From positions 24,178 through 88,177 of the forward strand of contig JBLHVV010000001.1 of assembly GCA_047628755.1 (NCBI GenBank): DNA of 64,000 nucleotides, given 5' to 3'. Numbering within the stretch: position 1 is the stretch's first letter; each line of letters opens with the position of its first letter. Origin of the DNA: Crocinitomicaceae bacterium (GTDB lineage Bacteria; Pseudomonadota; Gammaproteobacteria; Pseudomonadales; Oceanobacteraceae). Both the position numbers and the translations under genes were made by a program. Shown here in pieces: positions 61,749 through 64,000 of the stretch. The notes under the pieces were generated by a model, which did not search any database, was not told where the DNA came from, and saw only the letters and a list, made by a program, of their open reading frames with translations.

Positions 61749-63281
61749 TTACCGGTTGTCTACATATGTTTGGCTGGGGTTTAAGCGCCGTTCCATCTGC
61801 CGGTATGATAAAGCCTCTAGTAGATGCGATCGTTCTATCTGCGCGCTGCCAGCTAAATCAGCAACTGTTCTAGCCACTTTTAATATACGGTGGTAAGCCC
61901 TTGCACTTAACCCTAATTTATCCAGCGCATCTTCTAAAATGTCACTTAGTTCTTGTGTTAAGAAGCATACTTCGGGCATGGCTTTTTGAGCGATTTGTCC
62001 ATTGGGACAATTTTGACGACTTTGCTGAATAGAACGTGCTTTAGTAACCCGCTCTCTGACTTGCTGACTGGTTTCGTTAATAGTATCAGAACTGGAAAGA
62101 AGGCCCTTTGGTAATGCCGGCACTTCGATTTGAATATCAATACGGTCTAGCAATGGACCAGATACCGAGCTTTGATATTTTAATGCCTTGGCCTCAGAGC
62201 AATCAGCACAGCGTTTGTTAGGTTGTTTTAAATATCCACAGGGGCAAGGATTCATGGCGGCTATTAGCTGAAAGTTAGCTGGATATTCAACCTGCTGGGC
62301 GGCCCGACTAATGCTAATGCGCCCGGTTTCTAAGGGTTCACGCATGACATCTAAAACGGAGCGACTGAATTCAGGTATCTCATCTAAAAATAAAACGCCA
62401 TGATGAGCGAGAGATATCTCTCCAGGTTTAGGATGAGCTCCACCACCCACAAGGGCAACACCCGAAGAGGTGTGATGGGGCTGACGAAATGGCCTAGTAA
62501 GAAAGTAAGGTCGTTGAGGGTGTCGCGATACACTGTATAAAGCCGCCACCTCTAATGCTTCAGCTTCATTTAATGGAGGTAAAATTCCCGGTAGACAATG
62601 TGCCAGCATACTTTTACCGCTTCCGGGTGGACCGCTGAAGAGCAAATTATGATTTCCTGCAGCCGCTATTTCCAATGCTCTTCTAGCATGATGTTGACCT
62701 TTTACTTGAGCCATGTCTGGACCCTGATACTGCTCGGTTGTTACTTGTAGCGGCGCCACTAAAGTAAGGTGTTTTTCATTATTTAGGTGTCTGCACACGT
62801 TAAGCAAGTGATCGGCGCACAATGCTGGGCATTTACTTAAGCTGGCTTCTTGTAAGTTGAATGTGGGCAGTATTAAAGTTCGTCCAGCTTTATTGGCGGC
62901 CAGGGCCGCCGGAATAACGCCATCAACTTTGCGAATAGCGCCTGTTAAAGCCAGTTCACCAATGCATTCGTATTTTTCTAACGTTTTGTTAGGCAGTTGT
63001 TCGCTGGCGGCTAGAATTCCCAGAGCAATGGCCAGGTCAAATCGACCACCTTCTTTTGGTAAGTCGGCTGGGGCTAAATTAACGGTGATGCGTGAAGCGG
63101 GAAAATCGTAGCCACTGTTTAAAATTGCGCTGCGCACACGGTCCTTGCTTTCTTTAACGGCCGTTTCAGGCAGGCCAACAATTGAAAAACTGGGCAGTCC
63201 ATTAGAAAGGTGTACTTCGACATGCACCAATGGCGCTTCAATACCGACTTTGGCGCGGGAATAAATAACCGCTAACGACAT
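61749..63281 (-). CDS. comM: YifB/ComM Mg-chelatase-like AAA+ helicase
   Basis: IVGLPETAVKESKDRV, NLAPADLPKEG, GPPGSGKS, PGEISLAHHGVLFLDE, MNPCPCG. Confidence 0.93.
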   Translation of the reverse strand: MSLAVIYSRAKVGIEAPLVHVEVHLSNGLPSFSIVGLPETAVKESKDRVRSAILNSGYDFPASRITVNLAPADLPKEGGRFDLAIALGILAASEQLPNKTLEKYECIGELALTGAIRKVDGVIPAALAANKAGRTLILPTFNLQEASLSKCPALCADHLLNVCRHLNNEKHLTLVAPLQVTTEQYQGPDMAQVKGQHHARRALEIAAAGNHNLLFSGPPGSGKSMLAHCLPGILPPLNEAEALEVAALYSVSRHPQRPYFLTRPFRQPHHTSSGVALVGGGAHPKPGEISLAHHGVLFLDEIPEFSRSVLDVMREPLETGRISISRAAQQVEYPANFQLIAAMNPCPCGYLKQPNKRCADCSEAKALKYQSSVSGPLLDRIDIQIEVPALPKGLLSSSDTINETSQQVRERVTKARSIQQSRQNCPNGQIAQKAMPEVCFLTQELSDILEDALDKLGLSARAYHRILKVARTVADLAGSAQIERSHLLEALSYRQMERRLNPSQTYVDNR

Positions 63282-63389
63282 GTGCATCCTTAATTGTCGA
63301 TTGACAGGAGCACTAGTGTAATGGGGTTTAACATCAGCGGCTGTTAGACGAATGTATGAAAGGAGCCGCTAATGAGTATAAAGATTGCT

Positions 63390-63626
63390 CTATTTTGCTA
63401 GTTGAAGTTCAATTTCAGCCACTTGCTTTTCAAGAGCCTCTAGCTTTTCACGGGTACGTAACAAAACAGCTTGCTGAGCTTCAAAGTCGTCACGACTAAC
63501 AACATCTAGCTTATTCAGCTGGCGAGCAAGCACTTGCTGGATATTGTTCTGCAGGTCTTGGGTGGCTTGTTCTGGCACAAGCTGACTAATTTTTGATGCT
63601 ATTTTACTGAATAGAAATGGGTTCAT
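63390..63626 (-). CDS. ubiK: Ubiquinone biosynthesis accessory factor UbiK (BMFP family)
   Basis: KLDVVSRDDFEAQQAVLLRTREKLEALE coiled coil; adjacent to comM. Confidence 0.88.
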   Translation of the reverse strand: MNPFLFSKIASKISQLVPEQATQDLQNNIQQVLARQLNKLDVVSRDDFEAQQAVLLRTREKLEALEKQVAEIELQLAK

Positions 63627-63943
63627 TGTGAGCTCCTTGATATAAAAATATTAACATATTAGTTTTTAATATTCAGGCTATTCATTAATGGTTAGTCAAC
63701 TTTTGCCATTTTTTCAAAAGTAGATTTAAAGCCGATTATTTGTTTTAAGTAGTTGTAATATAAAGTTAATCTAAATGACGTACTGTTTGGGTGCAAAACA
63801 AAGCTTCATGTAAACAGTTTTAATTTTGCGCACCTATGTGACGCTTAATTTAAATTGGTCAGTAATAAAATGGCGTAATATGAACTATTTATGACCGCTT
63901 TATTAATATTGGCACTTTCCGTCTAATAAAAATGCTGTTTTGG

Positions 63944-63960
63944 TGCCTTTTACCAGTGCA
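63944..63960. promoter_or_regulatory. Possible NtrC-binding site
   Basis: TGCCTT-TTACC-AGTGCA resembles TGCACY-N5-RGTGCA; glnK-amtB lies divergent from ubiK in Pseudomonas. Confidence 0.3.
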
Positions 63961-64000
63961 AAGCAGTTGAGGAACGGAAATGTATGAAGCAGAATGACGG

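Overview
A 64-kb, AT-rich chromosomal segment of a marine-type gammaproteobacterium; the Pseudomonas-like gene order suggests Oceanospirillales, but that is inference. It is mostly housekeeping: glmUS, prlC, coaD, rsmD, ftsYEX, rpoH, trmB, algZR, argH, gmk-rpoZ-spoT, rph, metXW, rdgB-hemW, hisBHF, mutY-yggX-tRNA-Phe, rep, comM, ubiK. Interspersed are lipid/long-chain-alcohol catabolic genes (acyl-CoA dehydrogenase pair, enoyl-CoA hydratase, SDR, a laoABCR-like cluster), a ZntR-permease operon and a YfiR/GGDEF-EAL module. I found no transposase, integrase, prophage, cas gene or true CRISPR. The most unusual items are: (1) an islet between tRNA-Phe and rep with an unannotated 51-aa Cys-motif lipoprotein, a secreted collagen-like/DUF1566 protein and a 5x40-bp hairpin tandem array; (2) a 31-bp duplicate of the hisB start inside its own leader that forms a hairpin and an overlapping uORF, in a his cluster lacking hisA; (3) a TrmB-family regulator divergent from glmUS; (4) an MlaC-like gene heading a YfiR-DGC/PDE cluster without yfiB; (5) an orphan inactive M16 subunit and a secreted tri-zinc PLC/S1-P1-like enzyme. 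All family calls come from motif recognition by eye; no searches were run.
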